A stretch of DNA of 60,340 nucleotides from Gammaproteobacteria bacterium. GTDB taxonomy: Bacteria; Pseudomonadota; Gammaproteobacteria; Steroidobacterales; JABDLF01. The DNA lies in the NCBI GenBank assembly GCA_041609715.1, contig JBFIQI010000002.1, positions 1 to 60,340 of the forward strand, in the 5' to 3' direction. The position numbers and the translations under genes were made by a program. Positions within the stretch are counted from its first letter, which is position 1, and each line of letters starts with the position of its first letter. Below, piece after piece: positions 46,478 to 57,083 of this stretch. The notes under the pieces are model-generated. The model saw only the letters and a list, made by a program, of their open reading frames with translations, searched no databases and had not been told where the DNA came from.

Positions 46478-47308
46478 TCACCGGCCCGGGTGGCAGTGGG
46501 CCGCGCAAGGTTCGCGGATCAGCTGCGGATCGCCGTCCAGGCGGGCCGCCACCAGTTCGCCGCCCCATACGCAGCCACCATCCAAAGCCAGCAACCGCTG
46601 TTGCGCCACCGGTCCCAGGGTCGACCAGTGCCCGAAAACCAATCGTGTATCGGCGCTCCTGCGGCCCGGAATCTCGAACCAGGGCAGCAGGCCCCTGGGC
46701 TGGGTACCTGGTGGGCCGGCGCAGTTCAGCGCCAGCCGACCATCCCGGTGACAGTATCGCAGCCGCGTGAGGCAGTTGGTAGTAAAGCGCAGCAGGTCGA
46801 TACCCGCCAGGTCACTTCGCCAGCGATCGGGCTGGTCGCCGAACAGCGACTGGAGCAAGGCCGCATAGCCGGGGTTTTGCAATTGAGCTTCCAATTGGCG
46901 GGCGCATTTCGCGGCCGTTGCTATATCCCACTGGGGTGGCAGGCCCGCGTGTACCATGGTCCAGCCGACCCCTTCGTCGTGGTGGAGCAGCGGGCGGTGC
47001 CGCAGCCAGTCCAGCAGTTCGTCGGCATCGGCGGCAGCCAGTACCGGGTCGAGCGTATCCTGCTTGCGGGGACTGCGCGCGCCGCTGGCAATGGCAAGCA
47101 GGTGTAAATCATGATTGCCCAGCACGCAGCGTACGGATTCTCCCAGTGCACGCACGAATCGCAGGACCGCCAGAGAGTCGGGTCCACGATTGACCAGATC
47201 GCCCGTGAGCCAGAGCTGATCGCGTTGGCGGTCGAATCCAATTCTGCTGAGCAGCCCCTGAAACTCTTCAAAACACCCCTGGATATCGCCGATCGCATAG
47301 ACGGCCAT
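46478..47308 (-). CDS. apaH: Bis(5'-nucleosyl)-tetraphosphatase (symmetrical)
   Basis: MAVYAIGDIQGCFEEFQGLL..I.FD...D.LWLTGDLVNRGPDSL and LGNHDLHLL are ApaH metallophosphatase motifs. Confidence 0.95.
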   Translation of the reverse strand: MAVYAIGDIQGCFEEFQGLLSRIGFDRQRDQLWLTGDLVNRGPDSLAVLRFVRALGESVRCVLGNHDLHLLAIASGARSPRKQDTLDPVLAAADADELLDWLRHRPLLHHDEGVGWTMVHAGLPPQWDIATAAKCARQLEAQLQNPGYAALLQSLFGDQPDRWRSDLAGIDLLRFTTNCLTRLRYCHRDGRLALNCAGPPGTQPRGLLPWFEIPGRRSADTRLVFGHWSTLGPVAQQRLLALDGGCVWGGELVAARLDGDPQLIREPCAAHCHPGR

Positions 47309-47316
47309 CAGGTCAC

Positions 47317-47700
47317 TCAGTTCAGCTTTCCGGGCACGGCAAGGGTAAATGGCGGAATGGGTGCGTCAAAGCGATCACCGTTATCGGCCAGCATCTGATA
47401 GCTGCCCTGCATGCTGCCCACCGGTGTATCAATGATGGCTCCGCTGGAATATTGGTAGTCCTGCCCCGGTATCAGGTGCGGCTGCTCGCCAACCACTCCG
47501 TCACCGCGCACTTCGCGCACCCTGCCGTTACCGTCAGTGATCATCCAGTGCCTGGCCATCAGCCGAGCAGGGATCGAGCCGTCGTTACGGATACTGATGG
47601 TGTAAGCAAAAACATAGCGGCCGCTGGCAGGATCCGACTGCGCTGCGTCGTACATGGTGCGCACGCGAATCTGGAACTGGTGGTGCTGGGTGTTGCTCAT
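47317..47700 (-). CDS. apaG: ApaG (DUF525) protein
   Basis: The internal ATG at 47700 gives 127 aa. ...YVFAYTI.I.N.G....L..RHW.ITDG.G...EV.G.GVVGEQP.L.PG..Y.Y.S is canonical ApaG. Confidence 0.92.
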   Translation of the reverse strand: MSNTQHHQFQIRVRTMYDAAQSDPASGRYVFAYTISIRNDGSIPARLMARHWMITDGNGRVREVRGDGVVGEQPHLIPGQDYQYSSGAIIDTPVGSMQGSYQMLADNGDRFDAPIPPFTLAVPGKLN

Positions 47701-47710
47701 ATCGTGAGTT

Positions 47711-48145
47711 TCAGTCTTTGATGCGTACTGCAAGCACATCGCAGGGTGCTGCGTGCAGCACCGTGTCTTCGGTAAAATTGACGAGAACCCCGAGCCCGTG
47801 GCGTTCATGACTGCCAATGACGATTAGATCGCAGTCGCCCTCTCTGGCATGGCGAACGATTTCCGTTTTGACACTGCCTACGATCACATCGTGCTGGCAC
47901 TCGCGGAGATCGACTTTTTCCAGCAATCGATCCAGTCGCCGACGTGCCGTTTTCACCAGGTCGTCTTCCAGGTTCACCGTCGGCAGCACTGCCTCGCCCA
48001 TGGGTTCCACGGGAATGTATTCGACAACATGCAGCACCGATATCGTGGCCGCGTGCAGGCTGGCGATTCTGGCCGCGGTTTCCGCGACTTCCCGGGTTCC
48101 GTCCTCCAGGTCCACCGCCAGAAGAATTTTTTTATAGACGCCCAT
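47711..48145 (-). CDS. Universal stress protein (UspA family)
   Basis: 144-aa ORF. YKKILLAVDL......V...A..IA......I.VLHVVE and DLIVIGSHERHGLG.L.....T..VLH.A.CDVL.V. Confidence 0.88.
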   Translation of the reverse strand: MGVYKKILLAVDLEDGTREVAETAARIASLHAATISVLHVVEYIPVEPMGEAVLPTVNLEDDLVKTARRRLDRLLEKVDLRECQHDVIVGSVKTEIVRHAREGDCDLIVIGSHERHGLGVLVNFTEDTVLHAAPCDVLAVRIKD

Positions 48146-48185
48146 GAATTAACCCGCAGTGCATTTACTTTTCAGTGCCAGTATA

Positions 48186-48980
48186 TCAAAGCGCCCCCGG
48201 CGCTCCGGAAGTGCAGGCATTCGCCAGGTCCACAAACTGGCCCGGCGACAGGCATTGGGGTCGCTCGCCGGCATCGATACCGGCGTGCTCGAATGCATCG
48301 CTGGTCACCAGCCCGGCGAGTCCGCGTCGCAAGGTCTTGCGCCTGGCTGAGAAGGCAGCACGCACAATGGTTTCCAGTTTGTGGGGGTCTTGCAGGCGAT
48401 TCCATAGTGCCGGTGCCGGGCGCAGGCGCACGAATGACGACACCACCCGCGGTGGCGGCTTGAAGGCGCCGGCGCCGATATCGAACAGCGGTTCCACACT
48501 GCAGCGCAACGCCAGCATCACGGTGAGGCGACCGTAATCCTTGCCCCCGGGACTGGCAGACATGCGAGTGACAACCTCCTTTTGCAGCATGAAATGCATG
48601 TCGGTGATGCAATCCAGTTGCCCCAGCAGATGAAATAGCAGGGGCGTGGATATGTTGTATGGCAGGTTGCCCACTATGCGCACGCAGCCGGGCCCACCAA
48701 GCGCGCAGAAATCCGTTTGCAGAGCGTCGCCCACCACGATTTTCAGACCATCAAGGGCAGCAGCCCTTTCAGCCAGGGTGCGCGCGGCGTCACGATCGAT
48801 TTCCACAACCGTCAGCGCGCCAGCTCTGTGCAGCAAGGGCAAGGTGATGGCGCCGAGTCCGGGCCCGATTTCTATCAGCTGCTGGTCGCTGCGGGGGTCT
48901 ATGGCGTCAACAATACGGGCGATTACTGCCGGGTCATGCAGGAAATGCTGACCAAACCGTTTGCGCGGGCGGTGCGGCAT
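48186..48980 (-). CDS. rsmA: 16S rRNA (adenine1518-N6/adenine1519-N6)-dimethyltransferase
   Basis: RPRKRFGQHFLHD..VI..IV.AI......L.EIGPGLGA.T and GNLPYNISTP.LFHL are KsgA motifs. Confidence 0.95.
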   Translation of the reverse strand: MPHRPRKRFGQHFLHDPAVIARIVDAIDPRSDQQLIEIGPGLGAITLPLLHRAGALTVVEIDRDAARTLAERAAALDGLKIVVGDALQTDFCALGGPGCVRIVGNLPYNISTPLLFHLLGQLDCITDMHFMLQKEVVTRMSASPGGKDYGRLTVMLALRCSVEPLFDIGAGAFKPPPRVVSSFVRLRPAPALWNRLQDPHKLETIVRAAFSARRKTLRRGLAGLVTSDAFEHAGIDAGERPQCLSPGQFVDLANACTSGAPGAL

Positions 48981-48983
48981 CGC

Positions 48984-49973
48984 TCAGTTTTCGCTGCGTC
49001 GCCGGGCGAGATCCAGAGCCAGCCAGGTAGCTGCCACGATGCTGCCCGCGTCAGCGCGCCCGCTGCCAGCCAACTCCAGCGCCGTGCCGTGGTCCACCGA
49101 GGTGCGAATGATGGGCAGACCGAGGGTCAGATTGACTGCTTTGCCAAAGCCCGCGTACTTGAGAACCGGCAGACCCTGATCGTGGTACATACACAAAATC
49201 CCATCGGCACCTCCCGAGCTCTGCGGAGTAAAAGCGGTATCCGCGGGCAGCGGGCCGATAAGCGCCAGGTCCTGCTGGCGCAGTTCATCGAGCACCGGAC
49301 CAATGGTGTCGATTTCTTCACGCCCCAGGTGTCCGCCTTCGCCAGCATGAGGATTGAGGCCGCATACCGCAATCACGGGCTGCTCAATGCCAAACAGGTC
49401 CACCAGACCGTTATGCAGCACACGGATCACGCGTCGCAGCCGCTCGGGTGTGAGGTTGCGGCTGACTTCGGTAAGCGGCAGATGGGTGGTGGCCAGCGCC
49501 ACGCGCAAGCGGCCCGCCACCAGCAGCATCACCGGCTGCCTGGCCTCGCACAGCTCGGCAAGGTACTCGGTGTGCCCTGAAAACGGTATTCCACCCTCGT
49601 TGATGACCGCCTTGTGCACGGGCGCGGTCAGCATGGCATCAAAATCACCGGCCAGGCAGCCGCGCGCAGCTGTATCGATGCATTCCAGGACATACCTGGC
49701 GTTAGCCGGATTCAGGCGGCCGGGCACGGTATCCACCGCCAGTGGTTTGCTGATGACGCTCAGGGTTCCGGGCTTGTGCGCGGTGCGCTCGACGTCCGGC
49801 TTGGCAGTTTGGATCTGAACCTGCAGCTTGAGCGCGGCCGCGCGGGCCTCCAGCAGCTTCGGGTCGGCAACGAAAAACAACTGGGCATCCCAGTTGCGGC
49901 GCGCCAGTTCCAGACACAGGTCCGGACCGATTCCTGCGGGTTCACCTGCGGTGACAACAAGGCGCGGAAGCAC
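48984..49973 (-). CDS. pdxA: 4-hydroxythreonine-4-phosphate dehydrogenase
   Basis: TAGEPAGIGPDL, FSGHTEYLA, GLNPHAGEGG and MYHDQGLPVLK..GF..AVN.TLGLP.IRTSVDHGTA are PdxA motifs. Confidence 0.95.
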   Translation of the reverse strand: MLPRLVVTAGEPAGIGPDLCLELARRNWDAQLFFVADPKLLEARAAALKLQVQIQTAKPDVERTAHKPGTLSVISKPLAVDTVPGRLNPANARYVLECIDTAARGCLAGDFDAMLTAPVHKAVINEGGIPFSGHTEYLAELCEARQPVMLLVAGRLRVALATTHLPLTEVSRNLTPERLRRVIRVLHNGLVDLFGIEQPVIAVCGLNPHAGEGGHLGREEIDTIGPVLDELRQQDLALIGPLPADTAFTPQSSGGADGILCMYHDQGLPVLKYAGFGKAVNLTLGLPIIRTSVDHGTALELAGSGRADAGSIVAATWLALDLARRRSEN

Positions 49974-50008
49974 GGGTCGGGCTCGATGGTGCGGGCGGTG
50001 GCCGCAGA

Positions 50009-51289
50009 CTACAGTCGGATATCGACGTAGGCTTCGTCGCGCAGGCGACGCACGAACATCTGCATTTCTTCTTCGGCTTTGCGCGCCCTGATCGTCAGGT
50101 AGGCCTCGTTACGACGGTTTTCCTCCGAGGTATCGCGCTGCCGGCGTTCCTGCAGTTGCACAATGTGCCAGCCGAACTGGGTTCTGAAGGGTTGACTGAT
50201 TTCTCCGGGCGCCAGTGCGGCGAGCGCAGCGTTGAATTCCGGTACAAAGGTGTCCGGCCCGTTCCAGCCCAGCTCACCGCCTCGCGGCGCCGAGCCGGGG
50301 TCATCGGATTCGGTTCTGGCGATATCACCGAAATCAGCGCCCGCCAGCAATTTTTCGCGGATTTCCGCCAGTTTTGCCCGGGCCTGCTCGTCTGAAGTTA
50401 CTTCATCGGGAATTATGAGAATGTGCCGGGCCTTTGCTTGTTGTTGATATACCGGGTTCTGTCCCCGCATATCATTGAGTCGAATAATATGGAAACCGCT
50501 GGAGCTGCGCATGGGTGGCGACACCTGTCCAATGTCCATCTGGGCTACCTGCTCGGTAAACAGCGTCGGTAACTCCCGGCCCTTGCGCCAGCCCAGGGCG
50601 CCGCCGCTCAGGGCCTGCTGGCCGTTGGAATAAGCGACGGCCAGACGCCCGAAGTCTTCGCCATCCTTGATGCGCCGGATGAGATCTTCGGCCTGTGCAC
50701 GAGCCTTTGCAACCCGTTCCTGGTCAGCATCCGAGGGCACTGCAATCAGGATATGGGAAATGTTGTAATCCTTGTCTTCCTGCTCGCCACTGGACTGCAG
50801 CAGCTGTTCCACTTCCAGCGGCGTGATTTCGACGCGGCTGATGATTTCCCTCTGCCGCAGCTGATTAAGGGCCAGTTCTTCGCGCAGGCCTTCGCGGAAT
50901 TCGAAATAGTCGAGGCCCTCGGCAGCCAGCATTTTCGGCAGATCGTTGAGGGTCGTATTGTTGCGCTTCGCAATCTGCTCCACCGCGCTGTTTAACTGGG
51001 CGTCCGAAATGACGATCCCGGCCCTTTCGGCCAGCTGCAGCTGCAGGCTCTTGATGATGAGCGATTCCAGCACCTGCTCGTGCAGAACCTCGTCCGGCGG
51101 CAATTCAGTATTGCTGGCCTGCAATTGCTGCCTGACGGCCTCGACGCGCGTGTCCAGTTCGCTTTGCAGGATGATGCCGTCGTCCGCTACGGCGACGATA
51201 CGGTCCAGCAGGGCGCCGTTGCCGTCCTCGGCAGCGGTTGCCAGCAGGGGTAAAGAGACAAGCAGTGAAATCGCAATAAAATTACGCAT
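50009..51289 (-). CDS. surA: Periplasmic chaperone / peptidyl-prolyl isomerase SurA
   Basis: The internal ATG at 51289 gives a signal peptide (MRNFIAISLLVSLPLLATAAE) and about 427 aa. LLDRIVAVADDGIILQSELD and two parvulin domains (HILI..., GGALGW..., GFHII). Confidence 0.92.
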   Translation of the reverse strand: MRNFIAISLLVSLPLLATAAEDGNGALLDRIVAVADDGIILQSELDTRVEAVRQQLQASNTELPPDEVLHEQVLESLIIKSLQLQLAERAGIVISDAQLNSAVEQIAKRNNTTLNDLPKMLAAEGLDYFEFREGLREELALNQLRQREIISRVEITPLEVEQLLQSSGEQEDKDYNISHILIAVPSDADQERVAKARAQAEDLIRRIKDGEDFGRLAVAYSNGQQALSGGALGWRKGRELPTLFTEQVAQMDIGQVSPPMRSSSGFHIIRLNDMRGQNPVYQQQAKARHILIIPDEVTSDEQARAKLAEIREKLLAGADFGDIARTESDDPGSAPRGGELGWNGPDTFVPEFNAALAALAPGEISQPFRTQFGWHIVQLQERRQRDTSEENRRNEAYLTIRARKAEEEMQMFVRRLRDEAYVDIRL

Positions 51290-51320
51290 GAATAAAGCCG
51301 TAAGGAGTTCCGGGGTGCCG

Positions 51321-53525
51321 CTACCGCGGACGGGAATAGCCAAGGATACCATGATCCAGGAAAGCATCTGTGCGTCGTCCGACACTGGACAGGCCCTTGA
51401 GTTCCAGCTGCAGCAGCAGCGTGGTGTCACTGACCCGGGTTCGGGTGGTAATGAAGCGGCGCGAGGCGATGCGCAGGCCCCAGCAGCAGCGCTCGTATTC
51501 CAGGCCCAGCAGCCTGTCCAGGGTCTGGCTGTCCCGCATGGAATAATTCCAGCGGCCAATGAAGCGCCAGCGCTCGCCGATGGGCCAGGCCATGGCGATA
51601 TCCGACTGCTCGAGCTGGCCGCGGCGGAACCGGTAGCCCAGGTTCAGCACCCGGCGCTCGCCAGGTGTGTACAGGATGCGCGCTGCCGACTTGGTGGCGG
51701 TGTTTTCTGACGGGTCCCACTGCAGGCCCAGATCGGCTCGCCATTTTTCGGAAAAATTTGCGGAAACTTCGGCAATGATGTCAGAAGAGCGCGAGGCGTC
51801 GCCTGGTTCCCCTGGCAGGGTCACGCGGCGGTCCTCAAAAAACGCGGTTTGCCCCAGCGTGGCGCTCAGATACTGACGACCGCTGGCAGTGTCGAGGTAG
51901 CGGGAAGTGATGCCGAAACTGACCTGGTTGGCATCCCCCAGCCGGTCGACGCCGATAAATCGATCAGCTCTGAACAGCTGAACCAGGTTGAAATCGGCGA
52001 TGTCGGTATCGAATACGGGCAACGCGGACTGGTCGCGATAAGGAATATAAGTGTAGAACACCCGTGGTTCCAGGGTTTGCACGATGTCGCTGCCCAGGGT
52101 GCTTTGGCGTTCGAACAACAGGCCGGTATCCAGCGTCAGTATCGGCGCTGAGCGCGAGGGCCGCGGCTCGCCGCCTGCCGGCAGGTCGTCCAGATCGTAT
52201 TGGGTAAAACGGTAGGCAGCCCGCGGCCTTAGATAATAACCATCGCCACTGACATCCCAGCTGATGGCTGGTTCCAGATTCATACGCAGTCCCGTCACCC
52301 CGACGCCCCGATCGAAGTGAACCAGTTCGCCGCTGAAACCCAGGGCCACACCGCCATCGCCATGGCCCCATTCGCCTTCAGCCAGCAGCTGCGGCAGGCG
52401 CCGGTAAGGTTGCTGCTCGGGCGCTATGGTGTCGACGATGGTCTGCAGGAATTGCCAGCGATTGCGAACTTGCCAGTTATCGCTGCGATAAACGAAATCG
52501 ATGCGCCGTTCCAGATGGGTAAGACTGGCTTCGGTGGCGCTGCTGCCCAGATCTTCGAAGTAACGCGTGTCGCTGACATGATTGAGATCGGTGTCGACGC
52601 TCCAGCGTGAGCCCCAGAGACTTTTGTTCCGATACTGCAAAAATTTGCGGTCGTTGCCTGTTTCCTCGTCGTTGCCCAGGTATTCGATATTCAATTGGCC
52701 GCTGGATCGCGGTTTCAAATAGCGAAATTCCGTGTTGATCTGCAGGCCGCGTTCCAGCAGCAGGCGTGGCGTGATAGTGGCATCGTAGTTGGGCGCGATG
52801 TTCCAGTAGTAGGGCTGGCGAATCGCGGTGCCACTGCGATTGGCGTGCCCGAAATCCGGCGTCAAAAATCCGCTCTTGCGCTTGTCGCTGATGGGAAAAG
52901 AAATGTAGGGCGCATAGATCAGCGGAATGCCCTTGAAATCAACGCGAACATTGCGGCCGCTGCCGACACCTTTCTCATTGTCCAGTACCAGAGTCGGTGC
53001 CACCAGCGTCCAGGCCGGCTTGTCGCCGGCGCAGGTGGTGTAACGCACACCATTCATAACCACACGGTTCTCGCCCTCGATGGCTATGCGATCAGCGGAT
53101 CCCCGGCCGCCGCGCTCGGGCAGATTGAAACTCGTCAGCGAAATCGCCCCCCGCTCGGCGTCCCCTGCAAAGCGGGCTCGCTGACCGGATACTTCAATGC
53201 CCGGCCGGCTGAGACGCACATTGCCGGATGCGCTGAGGTTGTCGGACTTCGGGTCGTAACTGGCTTCGTCGGTTTCCAGCAAGATGTCGCCGCGTCGTAT
53301 CTGCACATTCCCGGACAAGACGGAAACATCATCGCGCGCCAGCGACGCCTGATCGGCAGAAATAAGAATTGTATCGTCCGACAGCTTGCTGCCCGTTTCC
53401 GAGGCTGGCGATTCTGAAGTCTTGGGGAAGTCGGTCGGGCATACGTCGGGCGCTTGTGCCGCCGTAATGCCGGATGCGAGACACCAGCAGCCGAAGATCA
53501 GTAAACGTGAACTGGAAAATTGCAC
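51321..53525 (-). CDS. lptD: LPS-assembly outer membrane protein LptD
   Basis: Large beta-barrel ORF. The GTG at 53523-53525 gives the signal peptide MQFSSSRLLIFGCWCLASGITAAQA; the ORF track start is 53591. It lies upstream of surA, as in the E. coli lptD-surA-pdxA operon. Confidence 0.9.
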   Translation of the reverse strand: MQFSSSRLLIFGCWCLASGITAAQAPDVCPTDFPKTSESPASETGSKLSDDTILISADQASLARDDVSVLSGNVQIRRGDILLETDEASYDPKSDNLSASGNVRLSRPGIEVSGQRARFAGDAERGAISLTSFNLPERGGRGSADRIAIEGENRVVMNGVRYTTCAGDKPAWTLVAPTLVLDNEKGVGSGRNVRVDFKGIPLIYAPYISFPISDKRKSGFLTPDFGHANRSGTAIRQPYYWNIAPNYDATITPRLLLERGLQINTEFRYLKPRSSGQLNIEYLGNDEETGNDRKFLQYRNKSLWGSRWSVDTDLNHVSDTRYFEDLGSSATEASLTHLERRIDFVYRSDNWQVRNRWQFLQTIVDTIAPEQQPYRRLPQLLAEGEWGHGDGGVALGFSGELVHFDRGVGVTGLRMNLEPAISWDVSGDGYYLRPRAAYRFTQYDLDDLPAGGEPRPSRSAPILTLDTGLLFERQSTLGSDIVQTLEPRVFYTYIPYRDQSALPVFDTDIADFNLVQLFRADRFIGVDRLGDANQVSFGITSRYLDTASGRQYLSATLGQTAFFEDRRVTLPGEPGDASRSSDIIAEVSANFSEKWRADLGLQWDPSENTATKSAARILYTPGERRVLNLGYRFRRGQLEQSDIAMAWPIGERWRFIGRWNYSMRDSQTLDRLLGLEYERCCWGLRIASRRFITTRTRVSDTTLLLQLELKGLSSVGRRTDAFLDHGILGYSRPR

Positions 53526-53601
53526 CGCGGCGCTGTAGTTCCTTGCCGAATCGCGGATACAATGGCACAGATGAGTAGACCCTTCAATCACTTAGCTGAC
53601 G

Positions 53602-55313
<1,712 letters not shown>

Positions 55314-55316
55314 GAC

Positions 55317-55349
55317 AAAAAAACAGCCACGCCCTCACGGACGTGGCTG
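55317..55349 (-). terminator. Rho-independent terminator of the repeat-lipoprotein gene (weaker in the murU direction)
   Basis: CAGCCACG (55324-55331) / CGTGGCTG (55342-55349). On the minus strand the hairpin is followed by T7 (plus-strand A-run 55317-55323). Confidence 0.75.
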
Positions 55350-55384
55350 TTGGTGTTTGCCGGGGCAAACTGCTGAAAGTCAGG

Positions 55385-56890
55385 TCAGAATTTCAGGCCC
55401 AGGGCGCGCACTACTTCGATAGTAATGTACTTGTCGCCCGAGCTCAGACCTTTGCGCTCGGCAAAGCATTGAGCTGCCTTCAGCGTGCACGGACCCATAA
55501 TGCCGTCGATCTGGCATTCGTTGCGATTCGGTCCGCAACGGCAGCAACCGGTCTCGTTCAGTGAGGCCTGGAGTTTGCTGACGTTTTCTTGCGTCATGTT
55601 GACTTCACACAGGACCGGGCGCCACTCGCTGCGCTCATCGCTGACTTTGTTGCGCCGGGTCACGGTCGTGTATTCCGCCGGAATGGGAATACGTCTTTCG
55701 CTGGCAGGCTTCACCAGCCTGGTGACTTTGACCATGCCGTATTCGGCCGGAATCGTCACTGCACGAGTGGTCTCCGGCTGCACCTGCCTGGTTACCTCGA
55801 CCATGCGGTATTCTGCGGGAATCGTGATTTCACGCGTTGTTTCCGGCGTTTTCAGGACAGTCTTTTTGACGGTCTTGTATTCGGCAGGAATCGCGATCTC
55901 ACGGGTGCTGGCCGGCGCCTTCAGGACAGTCTTCTTAACCGTCTTGTACTCCGCCGGCACTTCGACAACCCGCGTGGTTGCAGGCTTGACCAGCATTTGC
56001 TTTTCGATGGTCTTGTAAGTGGCCGGAATTTCAACCAGGCACATCAGCTCGCCGGTGTCTTCAACCCGGGTTTCAAGCACTTTGTAGTCACCAAATCGTT
56101 CGATGGTCTGAGCAGCGCTCACCTGCACGATGCCGGTGCCGGTGCCGCGGCCGGTGCCGCGCTTCCACTCGGTGCGCGCCGGTTGGTCCAGTACGCGCTC
56201 GGTAACCGTTTCGTACACTGCTGGCACTTCTATGGTTCTGGTGGAGGCCGCCTTTACCAGCATCTGCTCCGTCACTGTCTCGTAGACAGCCGGAATAGTT
56301 TCAATCCTGGCGGAGGCCGGCTTTACCAGCACCTGCTCAGTCACCGTCTCATAGACGGCTGGCACGATTTCCAGTTTGGTGGAAGCAGGTTTGACCAGCA
56401 CGCGCTCTTCGACGGTTTCATACTTGGCGGGAATTACTTCGAGGCGCGAGGAAGCTTCCTTCGTCATTACGCGCTCGTCGACCGTCTCGTAACTGGCCGG
56501 AATGATCTCGATGCGCTCGGAGGCTTCACGCTTGAGTACCTGCTCGGAGCTGGTCTCGTATTTGGCCGGAATAATGACCCGCGCGTAACACTCGCCCGGC
56601 TTCGGATTGGGCGGCAACAAGCCCGCATCACCCGTGGCACTCATCTGCGGTGCCGGGCTGGATTGCAATTCAGCACGAGCCGCCTCGAGGCGTTCCTTTT
56701 CTAGCCTGAGCTGGGCAACTTCGCGCGCCAGCGCGGCTTCCTTCATGGCAAGCTCCGCTTTTTGCGCTTCGATTGCAGAAGCGCCGGCGTTGCTGGCAGA
56801 CATATCGTTGCTGGAAGTGGTGCTCGCGCAGCCACCCAGCAGGAAAGTCGCCAGGGCCACCATTACTGTCGTTTGAATCTTGTTTCTCAT
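55385..56890 (-). CDS. Lipoprotein with coiled coil, 12 x 23-residue IPA-Y-TV repeats and a C-terminal peptidoglycan-binding (PG_binding_1-like) domain
   Basis: Signal peptide plus lipobox MVALATFLLGG-C. Heptad-rich residues 38-76. Repeats start at residues 107, 129, 153, 176, 199, 222, 288, 311, 334, 357, 380 and 403. C-terminal ...LQASLNETG...IDGIMGPCTLKAAQCFAERKGL. RBS GGGAGGG. Confidence 0.8.
   Translation of the reverse strand: MRNKIQTTVMVALATFLLGGCASTTSSNDMSASNAGASAIEAQKAELAMKEAALAREVAQLRLEKERLEAARAELQSSPAPQMSATGDAGLLPPNPKPGECYARVIIPAKYETSSEQVLKREASERIEIIPASYETVDERVMTKEASSRLEVIPAKYETVEERVLVKPASTKLEIVPAVYETVTEQVLVKPASARIETIPAVYETVTEQMLVKAASTRTIEVPAVYETVTERVLDQPARTEWKRGTGRGTGTGIVQVSAAQTIERFGDYKVLETRVEDTGELMCLVEIPATYKTIEKQMLVKPATTRVVEVPAEYKTVKKTVLKAPASTREIAIPAEYKTVKKTVLKTPETTREITIPAEYRMVEVTRQVQPETTRAVTIPAEYGMVKVTRLVKPASERRIPIPAEYTTVTRRNKVSDERSEWRPVLCEVNMTQENVSKLQASLNETGCCRCGPNRNECQIDGIMGPCTLKAAQCFAERKGLSSGDKYITIEVVRALGLKF
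55616..56590. repeat. Diverged ~69-bp coding tandem repeats (two blocks of six)
   Basis: Recurrent GTATTCGGCCGGAAT / GTATTCTGCGGGAAT / GTACTCCGCCGGCAC-type segments (the reverse complement encodes IPAEY). Period is 23 codons. Confidence 0.8.
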
Positions 56891-57002
56891 TAACTTTTTC
56901 CCTCCCGTTGAGTTGGACCCGCGTCGGCGCGCCGCTGGCAGAGCTCTTTCTCAGCCCTCTGTATTTTCCGCTGGCTCGCTGCAGGTGCCGGCATCTTAAG
57001 TA

Positions 57003-57030
57003 AATATAGACGCGGAAACTGACTTCGCAA
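57003..57030 (-). promoter_or_regulatory. Candidate sigma70 promoter for the repeat-lipoprotein gene
   Basis: On the minus strand: TTGCGA (57030-57025), a 16-nt spacer, then TATATT (57008-57003), about 110 nt upstream of the ATG. Confidence 0.3.
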
Positions 57031-57083
57031 CAACTGTTAACACAAGGAGTAACAGATGTTGACAAACTGCGGTTGGGTGAATT

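Noticed and set aside
51290-51559. N-terminal extensions suggested by the ORF track for surA (to 51559), apaG (to 47817), thyA (from 37272), lgt (from 36515), gcvH (from 23119) and the ALDH (to 45767)
   Set aside because: Internal starts restore canonical N-termini or signal peptides and remove overlaps with upstream genes. The extensions have no homology-like sequence.
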